This document shows positions 38,620 through 51,559 of a stretch of 64,000 nt of DNA, piece after piece. The first letter of the stretch is position 1; each line of letters starts with the position of its first letter. The notes under the pieces are model-generated. The model was not told where the DNA came from and made no database searches. It was given only the letters and a program-made list of their open reading frames with translations. Origin of the DNA: Dicyema japonicum (lineage: Eukaryota; Animalia; Dicyemida); assembly GCA_011109175.1 (NCBI GenBank), contig RDEW01000071.1, forward strand, positions 130,426-194,425, given 5' to 3'. The position numbers and the translations under genes are program-made.

Positions 38620-39250
38620 CTCGGATCGTTACTTGGCGATTCTGAAGATATCACACGACGAAAGATATTGGCCACAATAGAACTTAAAAAATACAATCCA
38701 TTCTGATGAGAAAGAATCAAATTTTTACTAAGATGCGATTACGATTATAATGGATTTGTCCGACCAGTCCTCATGTACAACGCAGGTACTTGGGAACATC
38801 AAAGAAAGACATGGAACAACTCGACTCGTTTCACAGAGGCCAACTAAGAAAACTCATTGGACACTCTTGGCCAAAGAAAATCTCAAACGATAAATTATAC
38901 AGACTGACTGATTGTCCAACAATAAGTCTGAACGTACTTGAAGCCCGCTGGCGCCTTTTTGGACATATTTTACTGATGGGTAAAGAAATACCATGCAATG
39001 CCACCATAAGAGAATTTTTCGTCCATACTGTATCTTCTACATTCAGAGGACGTCCAATAAGTTGTCTTTCCAAAACACTTGAAGAGGATTATGCTGTAAT
39101 CGGGAGCCGACTTATGGATGCAGACGATCTGGACGAAATCAGGAGACGAGCACGACGACGAAAAAGATGGAGAAGGTTACCGGCAAGAATAACATGGCAC
39201 AAGCGAAACCATAAACAGTGTCTACTGGTAACGCGAATGGGCTCTAACTA
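38620..39250 (+). mobile_element. RTE LINE 3' fragment
   Basis: KLGSLLGDSEDI, LDSFHRGQLRK, RWRLFGHIL and FRGRP. Confidence 0.9.
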
Positions 39251-39257
39251 ACTAGTT

Positions 39258-39525
39258 ATTTATTTATTAACCCCGGATACACCGAGAAAAAAGTTAAAGT
39301 AAACAACTAATTAAGTGTATCCAGTTTCCACTTCTACAGAAACAGAGTCCATCCGGAATCAACATAAAGGGTAAAAGACGTCCATAGTTGCAGAAACCCC
39401 TCCAGTGGAGTGGGGGAAAGCAAATGATCCTTTTTCCTGCCGACCAGGCACTGGGCGCCACCTGTCCAGGTGGATCACATGACGCCACTCTAGGAGAAAC
39501 AGACAAACAAACTAGAGCTTAAACC
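39258..39525 (-). mobile_element. SINE-like family B copy (5'-truncated)
   Basis: Homologous to the 13230 and 49123 copies, with a (TAAA)n tail. Confidence 0.85.
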
Positions 39526-40509
39526 AATTGATTATGCATTGTTACACTTAATGATTCTCTGAAAATCAAAAACTTGTAATTAAGCTTCATTGAGTGTTAT
39601 AATACTGTTAATCAGTAAACGTTAACCAATTTTTATTCAAAAACATCTTATTATGTAACAAGACAATCAGTGTGCTGTCATCTGAGGAATAATTCATGTG
39701 AGAACCATGTGGTAGTTTCACAGACATTCCATTGGGTGGGGAAAAAGAGGGGGATGTAAGAATGAGTAACAGCTAACTCCTGTAAGAGGAGGAGGGTGAT
39801 TGATTTCCATCGATTCGGATGGGAAGCTGCAATACTAATTGGATTAAGATGCCAATTTCCTTAGAAGTGACTCTCAGACTTTTGATTCTCTCCACAAACG
39901 TAGTAATATTCGAAGATGTTTTATAAAAAATGTAAAAAATCTTGATTTATCCTCATAAAATTCAATTCGACATATGGAAATTTCATAGAATATTTTTACA
40001 TGCGTTTGATATCTCAACCACAAAGTAACCACCACTGCCCATGCTAGAGATAGCTTTTAAATACTATTGGATGACAAAATTCACTAGAAATCAGCTTCAC
40101 ACGTGTCATTCTTAAAGAGTGCAATTCTTATGGGAATCTTGACCTACATGAAAAGTCCAATTAAAATGTCCAGTTGAACCACGTTATGTGTCTCAACTCC
40201 GAAATATCAACAAGTCACAATCCCCACGTAAATCATTCGAGAAGATCTGAGCCACAATTCTACAGGAGGATAGAAAATTCCATTAAAAGGTCAAGGATAG
40301 AACAACATCCTAAAAGTCCCAAAATATAAATTGTACCACAAAGATCCTAAAGTCAACCAAATATCGTGACTAGTCAATAAAATTAGCCTCAAAGTGAAAC
40401 CACGAGAGAATTATCTAAATTAAGAGATCCCGTAATCTCCAAAAAATAAATTAAAATTCCTAAATAAGCCCTAAAGCCACAGAATAAACATATTATAACC
40501 TAATATTAA

Positions 40510-41547
40510 TCAATTAATTAAGCCACCAATCCCGAATGATCTCAGACTTCCCAGCCCGTCCATTGACGCCAGTTCATCCTTAGCACGGTAAGCTGTGGCC
40601 CCCATTGTCCTATAATGTCTGTGAACCTACGAATCAGTCAACCCACCACCTTGAAGAGCACGTAAAACTGGAGACCGACTAACATCGAGAGCATAAGAGC
40701 ACAACATATAGTCATAATCCGACAGGCTGTGATGAGCTAATCACTACGAATCCGTTAATCCAACCACTAAAATCACTCCGTGAAATTACCTGGTAGCCCC
40801 TCCGGGATCCCCAAGGCCATGACAATGGTGATCAAAATCTGGAAGCCGAAAGTGAAAAAGAAAAAAAAGAAAGAAAGCGACGAATCAACCCGGAACGCTT
40901 TATAGACGGACCTGTACCACGTGATGAACGAAATTGGCGGAAAAAACACAAAAATCACGATGGAGAGGCCGAAGGAGATGGAGTTATTCTGGGTCTGGAG
41001 TTGATCGAGAAGACTGCGAGACAACTGATCACGTTGAAGAAGAGGATAAATAAATAAGCTAATCTAAAATCCCTGGGGGTACCAACCTATCCAGCTGAAG
41101 TAGACAAGTTTCATGGTCCACTGAAAGTCCAAGGGGATGTCCGCGGCGATGTTGTGGTAGAAACACTTGTGACACCACGGGATGGGAGGCCAGTTGTTAA
41201 TGGGACGACTACTTCCCATTTGCTGGTTTAACTGTCGCTCCTTCTCCTGTAGTTGAGCAGCCTTCCTCTCCAGTTCCTGGTAACGGTTGTCATTCACTTT
41301 GGTATCTTGGATAAGTGGGGAGGATTTCACAGGTTCCTGAGTGAGAACAGGGTTGTACTCGCTGTAGGAGAAGGGGGAGTTGTGAAGATGCTAAGGTAAG
41401 GAAAATCTTGGAGTACCGAGGATGCTGGGATAGAAGGAAGGAAGAATGGACTCCTGTGGGATGTTCTTGGCAGCTTCAGCCTTCAAATAACCGATATAAT
41501 GCTTACTTTTGCTATTTCTGGTCAGCGAAAGGGTTGAAATCGCCCAT
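40510..41547 (-). CDS. SCAMP: Secretory carrier-associated membrane protein, 23-26 nt introns, several frameshifts
   Basis: N-terminal NPF, coiled coil ELERKA, NNWPP, CFYHNI..DIP, WYR..YKAFR.DSS, GWI and VHRHYR. Confidence 0.93.
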
Positions 41548-41622
41548 AAGATAACAAAGTTTAAGTAGATTAAATTATTTAATATTATTTAATAATTTTA
41601 ATTTTTATAAAAATTTAATACT

Positions 41623-42241
41623 ATGCTCGTGGAGGTTGTCTCTTTCATAGGAATAGTTGTCATTTTCTTGGCCGTCATCCTTTCCACAGGTACAAGTTTT
41701 TCACGAGGCAGTAATCACTCTGGCGTACGTCAGCGATTATGCTGAGGACAACTCATCCTTCGTAAAATCGATTATCAACGTGCTGCTGGCTGTATTGGTC
41801 GTTTTTTACCCTAGATTGCCTTCGTTTCGAACATAATATTATTGTTCCATAATAATTTCTCCTTTTTATTCTGTCTGGTCGGGATCGCCACTAACATCCT
41901 TTACTACCTCGTCACGAATTCGCCGGATTACCCTGTCATCCGAGTCAATAGTCCAGAAATCATCTTTTCCATTGGTTATTTTTCACGTTTATTGCAGTTT
42001 TCACGTGTATTAACTGCTTTGTGTATATTTATGTAGATTTTGAAGATGCATCATTTGTCCAGGTATAAATCTGTCATGAGTTTAGCATGTGACTGTCATG
42101 GTGGTAACTTGCTGGATGGTCCCATTGATGTTGTTGATTTCTGTCATTTTGGAGTCTGACTGTCTCCCCACGACGATTCCCAACAAAAAGTCAACATTTA
42201 GTATGAGGGATCTGCTGGATTGGGTCACTCGTAGATTCTGA
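41623..42241 (+). CDS. TEX261: TEX261/Svp26-family membrane protein, 5 exons, intact
   Basis: Removing 22, 23, 23 and 23 nt introns gives one frame. GIATNILYY..YP.I...SP..I and CWMVPLMLLISV..ESDCLPTT align with TEX261. Confidence 0.8.
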
Positions 42242-43029
42242 ATATTTGATAATTTTATTTGTGAAAATATTGACTCAATGTTTTGTCTTGCTGTGAAGAT
42301 ATCCATAGGGGATTTTTGGAGGGCCTTTAGTCATCTCCTTAGGAGACCTCTCAGTGTGGTTTTGTTTTCTTAGAAAATTTTTAGACATAATTCCGTTTAT
42401 TGGTGTCGTCCTGGAAGTCTTCACGCATTTCTTGAGCATGAAAGGTCAAGATGTCTATTATACCTGACGGTACCATTGCATCGGCACTTGTGAGTCTGGT
42501 ATTTCTTCAATCCAAGTTTTATGGAGATATCAATGCGGACAATCATCGTCAAGGTGGGTCCCAACGCTTCCGATTGAGAGCGGATTGACCCAATCACCAC
42601 TTCCATCTCAACTGCACCACTACTTTCGTCCATAGAAATCTTGTAGTCAGCTATCCTCCCCTTTTATTGGAGATATTTTTTAGAAAGTCAATTTTTAGGA
42701 ATTTTTTAGTGGTCGATTAGGTTCCGGGTTCACATGAGATTACTTTTAAAGGACTATAAAAATGAGATCAAATAATTAACAAATAATTAATTATGTCACC
42801 AAAATTATGCTGAACCAGTAAATTATAATAATTAAATTCCATTATAAATGCATGTGCGGCTAAAAACGAAATCTTTGTTTGTTAAATATTCTTTTAGCTC
42901 TTCCTTTGGTACACACAAGTTAAAGAAATAATAGTGGTCAAATAGATTTCCTTAAATGTGTTCAGTGAGTATTTACTGACCAGTAAGGCCCACAAAAATT
43001 ACTGAATTTTGCTGTGAAGAATTTGTGAA

Positions 43030-43445
43030 AAAATGAGAATTTTAAAAGTGCTCTCAAAAACACTTAAAGACCAAACTGGTGGTCTTGCCATGATTTATGA
43101 ACAATTTATCCGACCAACGATGAAATATGCAAGTTTTTTTATGGGCAATGCAGATTTCACGATCCTCCTCATTGAAACTATTTACAACCGAGGAGACCGG
43201 GATAAGGAATAATTGGACCAGAACACAAAATCCAGCCCATTGAAAATCTCTTAATCGAATTACAACGGAAACTCTTAAAAGAGGCTAGTTTACCGAGCTG
43301 CCCTCTATTCCATACACTATCGAAATATCTACAATCATACAAATTTTTAGCCAAAGCCATGTCCAATGAGAAGAGCTGTTCAGGATTCTCGACCCCACCG
43401 GACTCGTCCTCTCCCTGTTCGGTCTGGATCACTTAGTTAATTGAA
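43030..43445 (+). mobile_element. I/Jockey-group LINE 3' fragment
   Basis: Close homologue of ~49925-50330. Confidence 0.8.
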
Positions 43446-44329
43446 AACTTTGGAGAGAATTGGCTTCCGTGGTGTTATGCTAGGTTGTAAATTGTGAGGG
43501 AACGTACCATTTTTACTACGTGAAAGTGATCCAATAGGAGAACAGATAAACCCTCTTATCACTATGGTACTTGATGTATTTTAGATAAGAGGGACCAATT
43601 TTTATGTGAACGATCTTTTTTAACTGAAAGATCATTGAATGATTTTGAATCATCATCTAAATATATCTATTGTCTGCATTTCTTCTAAAATTCACAAAAT
43701 CTTCCTTTCTGTAGGACAGACAGCATATTGATGAAAGTAACGCAAATACATAATAAGAGACCGACGAAACCATAAATGGCCATATTTTGTAATTTACAAT
43801 ACAAGGTTTTCAGATTTATTCAACAATTTTGTTAAATAAATTAGAAATTAGTACCATGCATGGAGCAAAGGAACACCTCCGTGTTCTTGCTTGGGATTAA
43901 ACGTGCACAGACACTTTCTCTTACGCTAATCTGCCCAAGTTATTTTTGTGCGCGGGTTCTGCAGAGAATACTGCTGAAGATTCGAAAAAAAAGTGCCGAT
44001 GAATTTGGGATCGATTCTCCTTCCAGCCAATTTCCGTTAGACGTCTAGCGAGCTTGGTCATAGCACAAAAAGGTTATTAGGTTAATTTAGTGGCTTGCAG
44101 GACTGCGGAAGGAAGAGCCTAGAATGACACGATAGCTCTCTTGAACACCGTCCTCGCGATCATGAAAGGTAACTCCCAGCGCGTGCCAATCAATTCCTGG
44201 ACCCCGATAGAATTCCTCGTGGAAGACTCGATGAACTACGGAGACGTGCGAGTAGGAAAGTTATATGGAGAAACCTTGTAGAACTGATAGTGAAGAACAG
44301 CAGAACCCTATTTATATGTTTAAGGGTAA

Positions 44330-44720
44330 CGCGGGTGTTCACTAAACTAACTAAAACGTGGTCATCGGTGACCAATGGTCAAAAAAGACCCCCCAGCCTA
44401 ACAATATATCAAAATTACAAGATCCGGAAACTGTCTCAAACAATCATCAAAGATCGATGGAAACTTTTCTCACACATGCTGCTGTTTGACCTAACAATTC
44501 TAGCGAATTTTCGAAGGAAGTGTATTTTACGGAGAAATCCCTGAAATTACAAGGAAGGCCATGAATAACCTTTCCGGTTGTTCTCAACGCCGACTTAACA
44601 AAATCAATGAACTCTTCACACAAGAAGATCTCGGCAACCTATGAAAAAGGGCACGTAACAGGGGAGTCTGGAAGAAGTTAGTTGATCGGATCTCATATGT
44701 GGCAAAAAAGAAATATTTAC
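44330..44720 (+). mobile_element. RTE LINE 3' fragment, degenerate
   Basis: DRWKLFSHML and GRP-like segment similar to the other RTE 3' ends. Confidence 0.65.
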
Positions 44721-44944
44721 TAGTTATTATTTCTAGCCTCTGTATAAGCCATAGATTTAAAATTTGTCACGTGACTCATTTATGTGATGGCTTACTCACT
44801 GAAGGTGTTAAAAAAAAGAATCGCAACATCCACAAACGCGGAGACGTGGATAGCTTCATATTTTACTCGTTTCTGAGGGGACGTCAAGAAAATCCTGGAC
44901 CAGATCGTACCAAAATTACACAACTAAACGGTTTCACTTAAGAC

Positions 44945-45300
44945 ATTCAGTGTATGTGGCTCCTTGTTAAAAGAAAACAGATATCTTAGAATATTATTGA
45001 GATTCTCGAAACAGGCTCTCGCATTAATACTACGGAAAACGCTAGCGTTGTACCTATTATGGAATAACTCACGGAACGCCAGCGAGACTTCCTCAAAATA
45101 GCCAAGTCGCCACAACATCCCTTACGAGTCAAGGTCAGCTTATATTTGTAGATTGCCCAGGATACGAAAAGAAATTTTACTTTTGTAAGATTAATCCAGG
45201 ATTCCAAAACAAATCGAAGAAAAATATTGTATGGCTAAGGATCACTTTTTTAGACGATTACTCTTATCCGCTTTCTTGTGGTTCCGTGGTTAATAAATAT
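44945..45300 (+). mobile_element. I/Jockey-group LINE 3' end
   Basis: Similar to 6130-6423, with tail GGATCAC...GTGGTTCCGTGGTTAATAAAT. Confidence 0.65.
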
Positions 45301-47264
45301 AAGACATTGTAATAATGTGGTGCTAGCCAAAAAAGAACGAAGAGATAATAAAGTGCCATAAATTCCAGGCAGAGTTCAAATGACTCCCGGTTTGAATCTC
45401 ACTGTCCTCCTGAAAGTCACATGCACCTACAATGCTTCCTGGTTTTACGAGTGACCTCATCATCAGTAGTGTATTCGTGAAAGTGCTACCAACTACTAAT
45501 AAGGTCATTAATAATTTTACCCATGTCTTCTAATACGAGCTCTTTTCTTTAAATCGGACTCCTTTTATGAGATAACTTATGTAGTTCCAAGAAGCTAACT
45601 TTATTATGAAAGCTTAGGGACGAAGCGTTTGAAGGCGATATTGGAATTTTTGTGAAAAGTAGTCGTATTACCTGCCCAGTCTGATCATATAGCTTAGTGA
45701 AGTGATCTGAGAATGAAAAATTCAAAAGTCCAAGGTAACAACAAACTAATTACTGAATTTTTTTTATATTTTCACGTTTTCTGGATGGACTATGATATTG
45801 GAGTGTGTTTCTGTTTCTGCGACGGTAGGAACTGAATACATTTCGAGTTGAGAAAACAGCCTAGAATTGGACTAAATCTCTCTAAAACGACCAAATAGTT
45901 TGCTTGGAAATGTCTACAAGTATCAAAAACATCATTAATAACGATAGAAAGGTGTTCAACGAGGTGTCTGTTAACTTTTACATATTACATAACGGCAGAG
46001 TAACCGCTGAAACTCCAATGTGAGTACGAAAGTCGTAAAGGATCCTTTGCATCATGGAAATCTGTTGGGAAGATCTCATTTACCTCGGATATGGACATGA
46101 TAAAAATAGATGCTATCCTATATTCGTTTGATGTATCCTGACATGTGAAAATAAACCATAAATGTTCTGGTCTTCCTACTGGAATTTAAAGAGGAAGGAC
46201 ACGAACGAAACCTTTTAGATTCAGCAACATCTATGAGAAACCTGCTGAAATAGTTTTGAATAACCCCCTCTTCTGTGTTGAAGATGACGATTTGTACGAG
46301 CAGTGTTAATTAACCTCTATTTCATATTGCTCCTATTAAAAAATTTTCGGGTCTGTTTTGAAGTGAATCTCTTGTGGGTCAACAACTTGGTCCATCGAAT
46401 AATCTTCACATTCTGTTCCAAGTCCATCACCCCAAATAATTGAATGTTGTAGTAAACTCTCATAGTGTCGAGGAGCAGAATCAATACAACTACAGTTCAC
46501 ATATCGTTTTTGAAAGGCAGTATTCCCCATCAAAGATATCTCTGTCTCCTCTTATTTGCTCATTATCAAAATGTCCACCAGTCCGATGGGAAACTGAAAT
46601 TGGGCAACCATTTCATTTACCTTTTTCGGTGGAAATCTGTTGTTTCAGATAGTAATTGATAAGCTTCCTCTTCAAATGGATGTACAAGGAAGGGTACCTC
46701 ATCCCGTAGAGAGGAACATTTACTGAAGTATCCGACAAGAATGTCAGCACACTTTTAACCGACCTCATGTATCGAAAAAAATCAAAAAACGAAATATTTT
46801 TTTGCTTTATAAGCTACAAGGTTTTTATCAGCTAATTTTTCCAAAGTTAATTACAATCGAAGGATTTAAACAAGAAAAATTAAGATGAATAAAAATTCTG
46901 TAAATTTCTTTGCAAAACATGAGCTTTCTTTAGTCATCTGTTGCAAATCAACAGAATATTAAACTCGAAGTGAAAAATCTTATTAATTTAACTGAATTGT
47001 AGATAAAAATAGTGATATCAAAAAATAGCAAATTACGGAACAAGCTAGAAGGACTACATTGGCCATATTGAAGACTGAGACCCTTACGTGATGTTTTCAA
47101 CAAGCGGCAGATAAACTTAAATATTATAATTTCAAATACCCTCAAAAATCTTTTATAAAGCGAAGGCCGAATTTCAGAGTCGCAATCATTAATATAAAGT
47201 AAAGTAGAAAAAAGCAGCCCGTCCTTGCATTAACCAAATTATCTACCAGTAACTTTGATTATTA

Positions 47265-47400
47265 TTATTATTATTACCCCCAGGATCACTGGGTCAAAGA
47301 GAAAGAAATAAAAGTTCTCATCTAACTAAGTGATCCCAGACCGACAAAGGTGAGGACGAGTCCGGGGTCGAGAATCCTGAACAGCTCTTCTCATAGGACA
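47265..47400 (-). mobile_element. I/Jockey-group LINE tail (very short retrocopy)
   Basis: Reverse complement of ~50270-50380 and ends in (TAA)n. Confidence 0.75.
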
Positions 47401-47879
47401 TGGCATCGGCTCACAATTTCTGTATGATTGTAGATAATTCGATAGTATTTGGAATAGAGGCAGCTCGGTAGAACAGCCTCCTTTAATAGTTTTCGTTGTA
47501 TTTCAATTAAAAAATTTTCAATAGGTTGATTCTATCTACAATTAATAATATAACATTGACATTAGCTTTGACAAATTGCGATATTTTTTGGAAGCAAAAT
47601 TCGTTAATCTTTTTTTGGACAATTCTCTAAAAATCTATCATTAAAATACGGTTTTAATAATTCATAATCAATCGAGAATCTAGACAAATCCAAGAATTTT
47701 AAATTCTTGGCTAATTTTAACAACGGTCTAAAATCACAGCTTAATTTTTGCACATTTTTACTGTTTGTATACGAAAAATATCTTAATCTAACAAAATAGA
47801 AACTTTAGAGATCTGGGACATGCAAGACTTTTGGAAAAACTTCGAAATTGGATATCAGAATATTGTCAAAATTAATAAT

Positions 47880-48295
47880 TTCGAGTTTTTTTGATTAGCT
47901 TGACTGTGGAGCAATAAATTTTAGTTGGAGTACTTTTTTCAAAAAGAGAATCTGATAAAAGTTCAAGTGACCTAATTTCGCTGAATCCACTTTTAAATAG
48001 CAAATGAAGTAAAACTGGGTGATCATATGCCAAAAGAGTGAAAGAATTGGCTGCTGAAGGCGTTCCTGGTGAGTTGTTAAAATATGTCCCAGAATGCTTT
48101 GGAATAACTATCGCGGAAATATTAAACAAATGCTTCGAACGGAATAGATCACTTCTCATAGGACACCGAGTACTACCACCACTTCACAAACACGGATAAA
48201 AAAGGATTATTAGAGAATCTCAGATCTATCATCTTATAAACTATTTTTAGAAAACAGTATCTATCATAGTCTTAAATCGTATACAAACACACATT
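47880..48295 (+). mobile_element. RTE LINE internal fragment cut by the Tc1 element
   Basis: AAEGVPGELLKY, IAEILNKCFE and SIIVLNRI. Confidence 0.7.
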
Positions 48296-49071
48296 ATATA
48301 AAACTTTCCTATCATTAACGACAATAGTCAATCGATGACAACAATTGTCAATCAACAACGACAATAATTAATCAATTCGATGCTGGAACGTAATAAAAAC
48401 GAATTTTTTTAGTATTTAGTCGACCAAAAAATGAAAGAAACAATAGCCAGGAAACGCGTAAAATCTCAAATGAAATGAGAGAGCTCTTATTAACCACGAT
48501 AATAATAATCTTGGCAATACTGAAATCTCCCGAGTTATGGGTCTTCCTCGTACAACTGTATGTACAATTGCTTCTTCATATCTGAAGGATAGAAAGACCA
48601 AACGTGACAAACGTGGTGGGGATCATAGAAAAATCTTGATTGCTTATCAGAAAAATGTAATACGGCAGTAGGTTGAAAATGCAACAATGACATTGGGGGC
48701 GTTGAAAATAAAACTGTTGGAAGAGTTGAAGATATCCGTGAGTACAACCACCATCGACAGTTTGTCTAGATGAATTTCATAGTGAATACTCTCAAAATTG
48801 TTTCTGAGTGAAGAAACTGTGATGCACCATTGAGACACGATTAGAATATGGGACATTTTATTTGACGTTGGGGATAGTCGAATAGTCTTTATAGACGAAG
48901 TAGGTTGCAATGTCTCCCAGCATGTCCGCTTTGGGATATCTGAACAAGGTATTCATACTCGTATTAGTGTGCCACAGGTACGTAGTAAGAATATTTCAGT
49001 AATGGCCGCAATGACTGCACATGGTATGGTCTATCACTATGTTGTTGATGGTGCTGTTAATGGAGAAATCT

Positions 49072-49620
49072 TGGAGATGCGCAACGGTCAAAAGATAAAA
49101 AGACGGGACTATTCTTGGGATTTATTTATTTATTAACCCCGGATACACCGAGAAAGAAGTTAAATTAAACAACTAATTAAGTGCATCCAGTTTCCACTTC
49201 TACAGAAACAGAGTCCATCCGGAATCAACATAAAAGGTAAGACGTCCATTACATGCAGTTGTGGAAACCCCTCCAGTAGAGTGGAGGAGAGCAAATGATC
49301 CTTTTTTGTGCCGGCCTGGCACTGGGCGTCACCTAGACAGGTGGATCACATGACGCCACTCTAATAGGAAGAGACAGGAGGAACAGACAAGAAAGCAGAA
49401 AACTTCAAAAAATTAACCACGCAACACCACATGGCGCCACTCGGCTAGCGGCTACCGGCTACATCTTGGGATTAGATTCGTAAGCTTTCGACTCGATCAA
49501 TCTATTGAAATTGTGGCAATTCATGAAGCTTAAGCTCCACAGTCAGGGTGGCTAAGTCACTTTTAAGGGATATTACTTGAATGGGAGAATCAGGGGGAAT
49601 ATGTCCAAGACGATTGAAGA
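49072..49620 (-). mobile_element. LINE RT remnant nested in Tc1 and split by a SINE
   Basis: Joining 49072-49122 to 49464-49620 reproduces the sequence at ~52105-52300. Confidence 0.7.
49123..49463 (-). mobile_element. SINE-like family B copy with target-site duplication
   Basis: TCTTGGGATT flanks it at 49113-49122 and 49464-49473. (TAAA)n tail. Confidence 0.9.
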
Positions 49621-49629
49621 AAACGGTGG

Positions 49630-50385
49630 AAACTCCCGTCCGAAAATTTCTTGATTCAACTAAGCGGAGTTTGTGAAACTAAAAGAATTATGCTTGACAA
49701 GTTGGAACTATGGCTCTCGAAGCGGAGACTCAACACATCAGGAACAAAGTCCTGTGTCACGCTGTTTACCACTTACAAAAGACAGCTTTGTCGAACCAAA
49801 AATCTTTATGAAGAACGAGGTTATTCCTATTAACAAAACACAGAGCATTCTGGGAGTTATTTATGATCAGGAGCTCACCTTTATCCGACATGTTGAGAAC
49901 ATAGTAACTTCTGCTCTGAAAAAAATGAGAATTTTAAAAGTGCTCTCAAAAACACTTAACGACCAAACTGGTGGCCTTGTCACGATTTATGAACAATTTA
50001 TCCGACCAACGATGACGTATGCAAGTCTTTCATGGCAATGCAGATTTCACGATCCTAAAACTATCCACAACCGAGGAGCGCAATAAGGTTAATTGGACCA
50101 GAGCACAAAATCCAGCCCTTTGAAAATCTCTTAATCGAATTACAACGGAAACTCTTAAAGAGGCTAGTTTACCGAGCTACCCTCTATTCCATACACTATC
50201 GAATATCTACAATCATATAGAAATTTTTAGCCGATCCCATTTCCAATGAGAAGAGCTGTTCAGGAATCTCTACCTCACCCGACTCATCCTCTCCCTGTTC
50301 GGTCTGGGATCATTTAGTTAGTTGAGACTTTTTATTTATTTCTCTTTGAACCAGTGATTCTGGGGGTAATAATAATAATTATAAA
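49630..50385 (+). mobile_element. I/Jockey-group LINE 3' part nested in Tc1
   Basis: ILGVIYDQELTFIRHV...IYEQFIRPTMTYAS..W, then the tail ending in (TAA)n. Confidence 0.85.
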
Positions 50386-51225
50386 GGAATTGTGGATCTA
50401 CTTCGTCATGGACAATGCTAGGATTCACCATTGCAATGGAATCAACGATGTAATCCAATCCTACTACTTCAAGATACTATATCTTCCTCCATGCTCACCA
50501 CTCTTTAATCCAATTGAGAATGTGCTCTTAAAATGAAAGGATTTTGTGAAAAGAGGGTCTTATTGTTGATTTACAGCTAAGACATCTTATCTCATCTTTC
50601 GAATTGATTACCCCTAAAGACTGTGAAGGATACTTTAGAAGGATGAAAGGATACATTATGAGAGCAGTTAGTGGTGAAATTACAATGAATGAATAAATCT
50701 TTTTTTGTGTTTAACTAGTATTGTTGAAAAATTAATTTTTTCTGTCGTTATCGATAGGAAAACCCTATAAGAATACCTGTCCACAGATGTTGTATGGAGT
50801 CATCGTTGGTATGCAGCTGAATGCCAAAAATATGCGAAGACTAAACAGGTTTTTATAATTAATCTGAGCAGTGCGTTCGACAGTATTAATATATTAAATA
50901 AATACAGCCTGAGGTTAGTACATTCCATCTGCAGAAACAGAGCTATCAGTAAAAGTTGGCATGAAGCACTATGAAATTTTCTTTACTGACATTGGTAGTC
51001 CACTAAAGGAATTCTCTGTCCCCAGATTTGTTTGCTGTAAATTTGGAGGCGGAGCTAAAGACATTCTATTAAGAAACACACTGGCAGAAATTTCTCCAAG
51101 AGATTATGATGTATCATCGGTAAAATATAATCTATTTGATGTCTTCCTGAAATTGGACTTCTTGCAATAGAGAGATGGAACATGCAAGGCACATTCTAAA
51201 TTGCATTCTCGTGAGATAGCGACAT

Positions 51226-51559
51226 AATAATAATAAAAAAGCCTTTTCACGAGAGCCATAGTATTTATAGCTCCGCATAGGCAGGACACACATTTTAATT
51301 AAGTAAAGAACAGTTAATTTTAACTAATCGTAGAACCAAGGAATGATCTTCACTTCTTTTTTTCTTTTTCTTCTGTGTGGGTCCTTTCTAGACAATCCAG
51401 TTCCGCAGTGAGTATCCACTGATGACGGCGTCACTCGTCAAACCCTTTCTGCATCGTAGATGCGTGGAACCTTCCACCAGGTGAACAACATCGAGAATCG
51501 AACCCGTAACCTAAGTTACTTTAGCCCGACACCTAACCACTACTCCACCCGGCTACGCC
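51226..51559 (-). mobile_element. Full-length tRNA-derived SINE family A with target-site duplication
   Basis: A-box TGGAGTAGTGG, B-box GGTTCGATTCT, (TTA)n tail. 12-bp TSD AGATAGCGACAT at 51214-51225 and 51560-51571. Confidence 0.93.

Larger units (their letters stand above)
48298..50767 (+). mobile_element. IS630/Tc1/mariner-superfamily DNA transposon, interrupted
   Basis: HTH region EISRVMGLPRTTV, DDE part IDEVGCN...KNISVMAAMT (48890-49075), resuming as MDNARIHH...LYLPPCSP.FNPIE (50400-50530). Inverted ends TTTCCTATCATTAACGACA (48305-48323) and TGTCGTTATCGATAGGAAA (50743-50761), with TA outside. Confidence 0.88.

Noticed and set aside
40260-40500. Tetraspanin-like or mitochondrial-like membrane gene (GLLGCCS) downstream of SCAMP
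   Set aside because: All frames have many stops that short introns do not remove. A T/G-skewed 3' UTR explains it more simply.
51415-51450. Hammerhead ribozyme in SINE-A (CTGATGAC...CAAAC); also CTGATGA hits near 8134, 34511 and 54125
   Set aside because: No GAAA core correctly placed after a closed stem II, and no stem I/III with an NUH site could be built.
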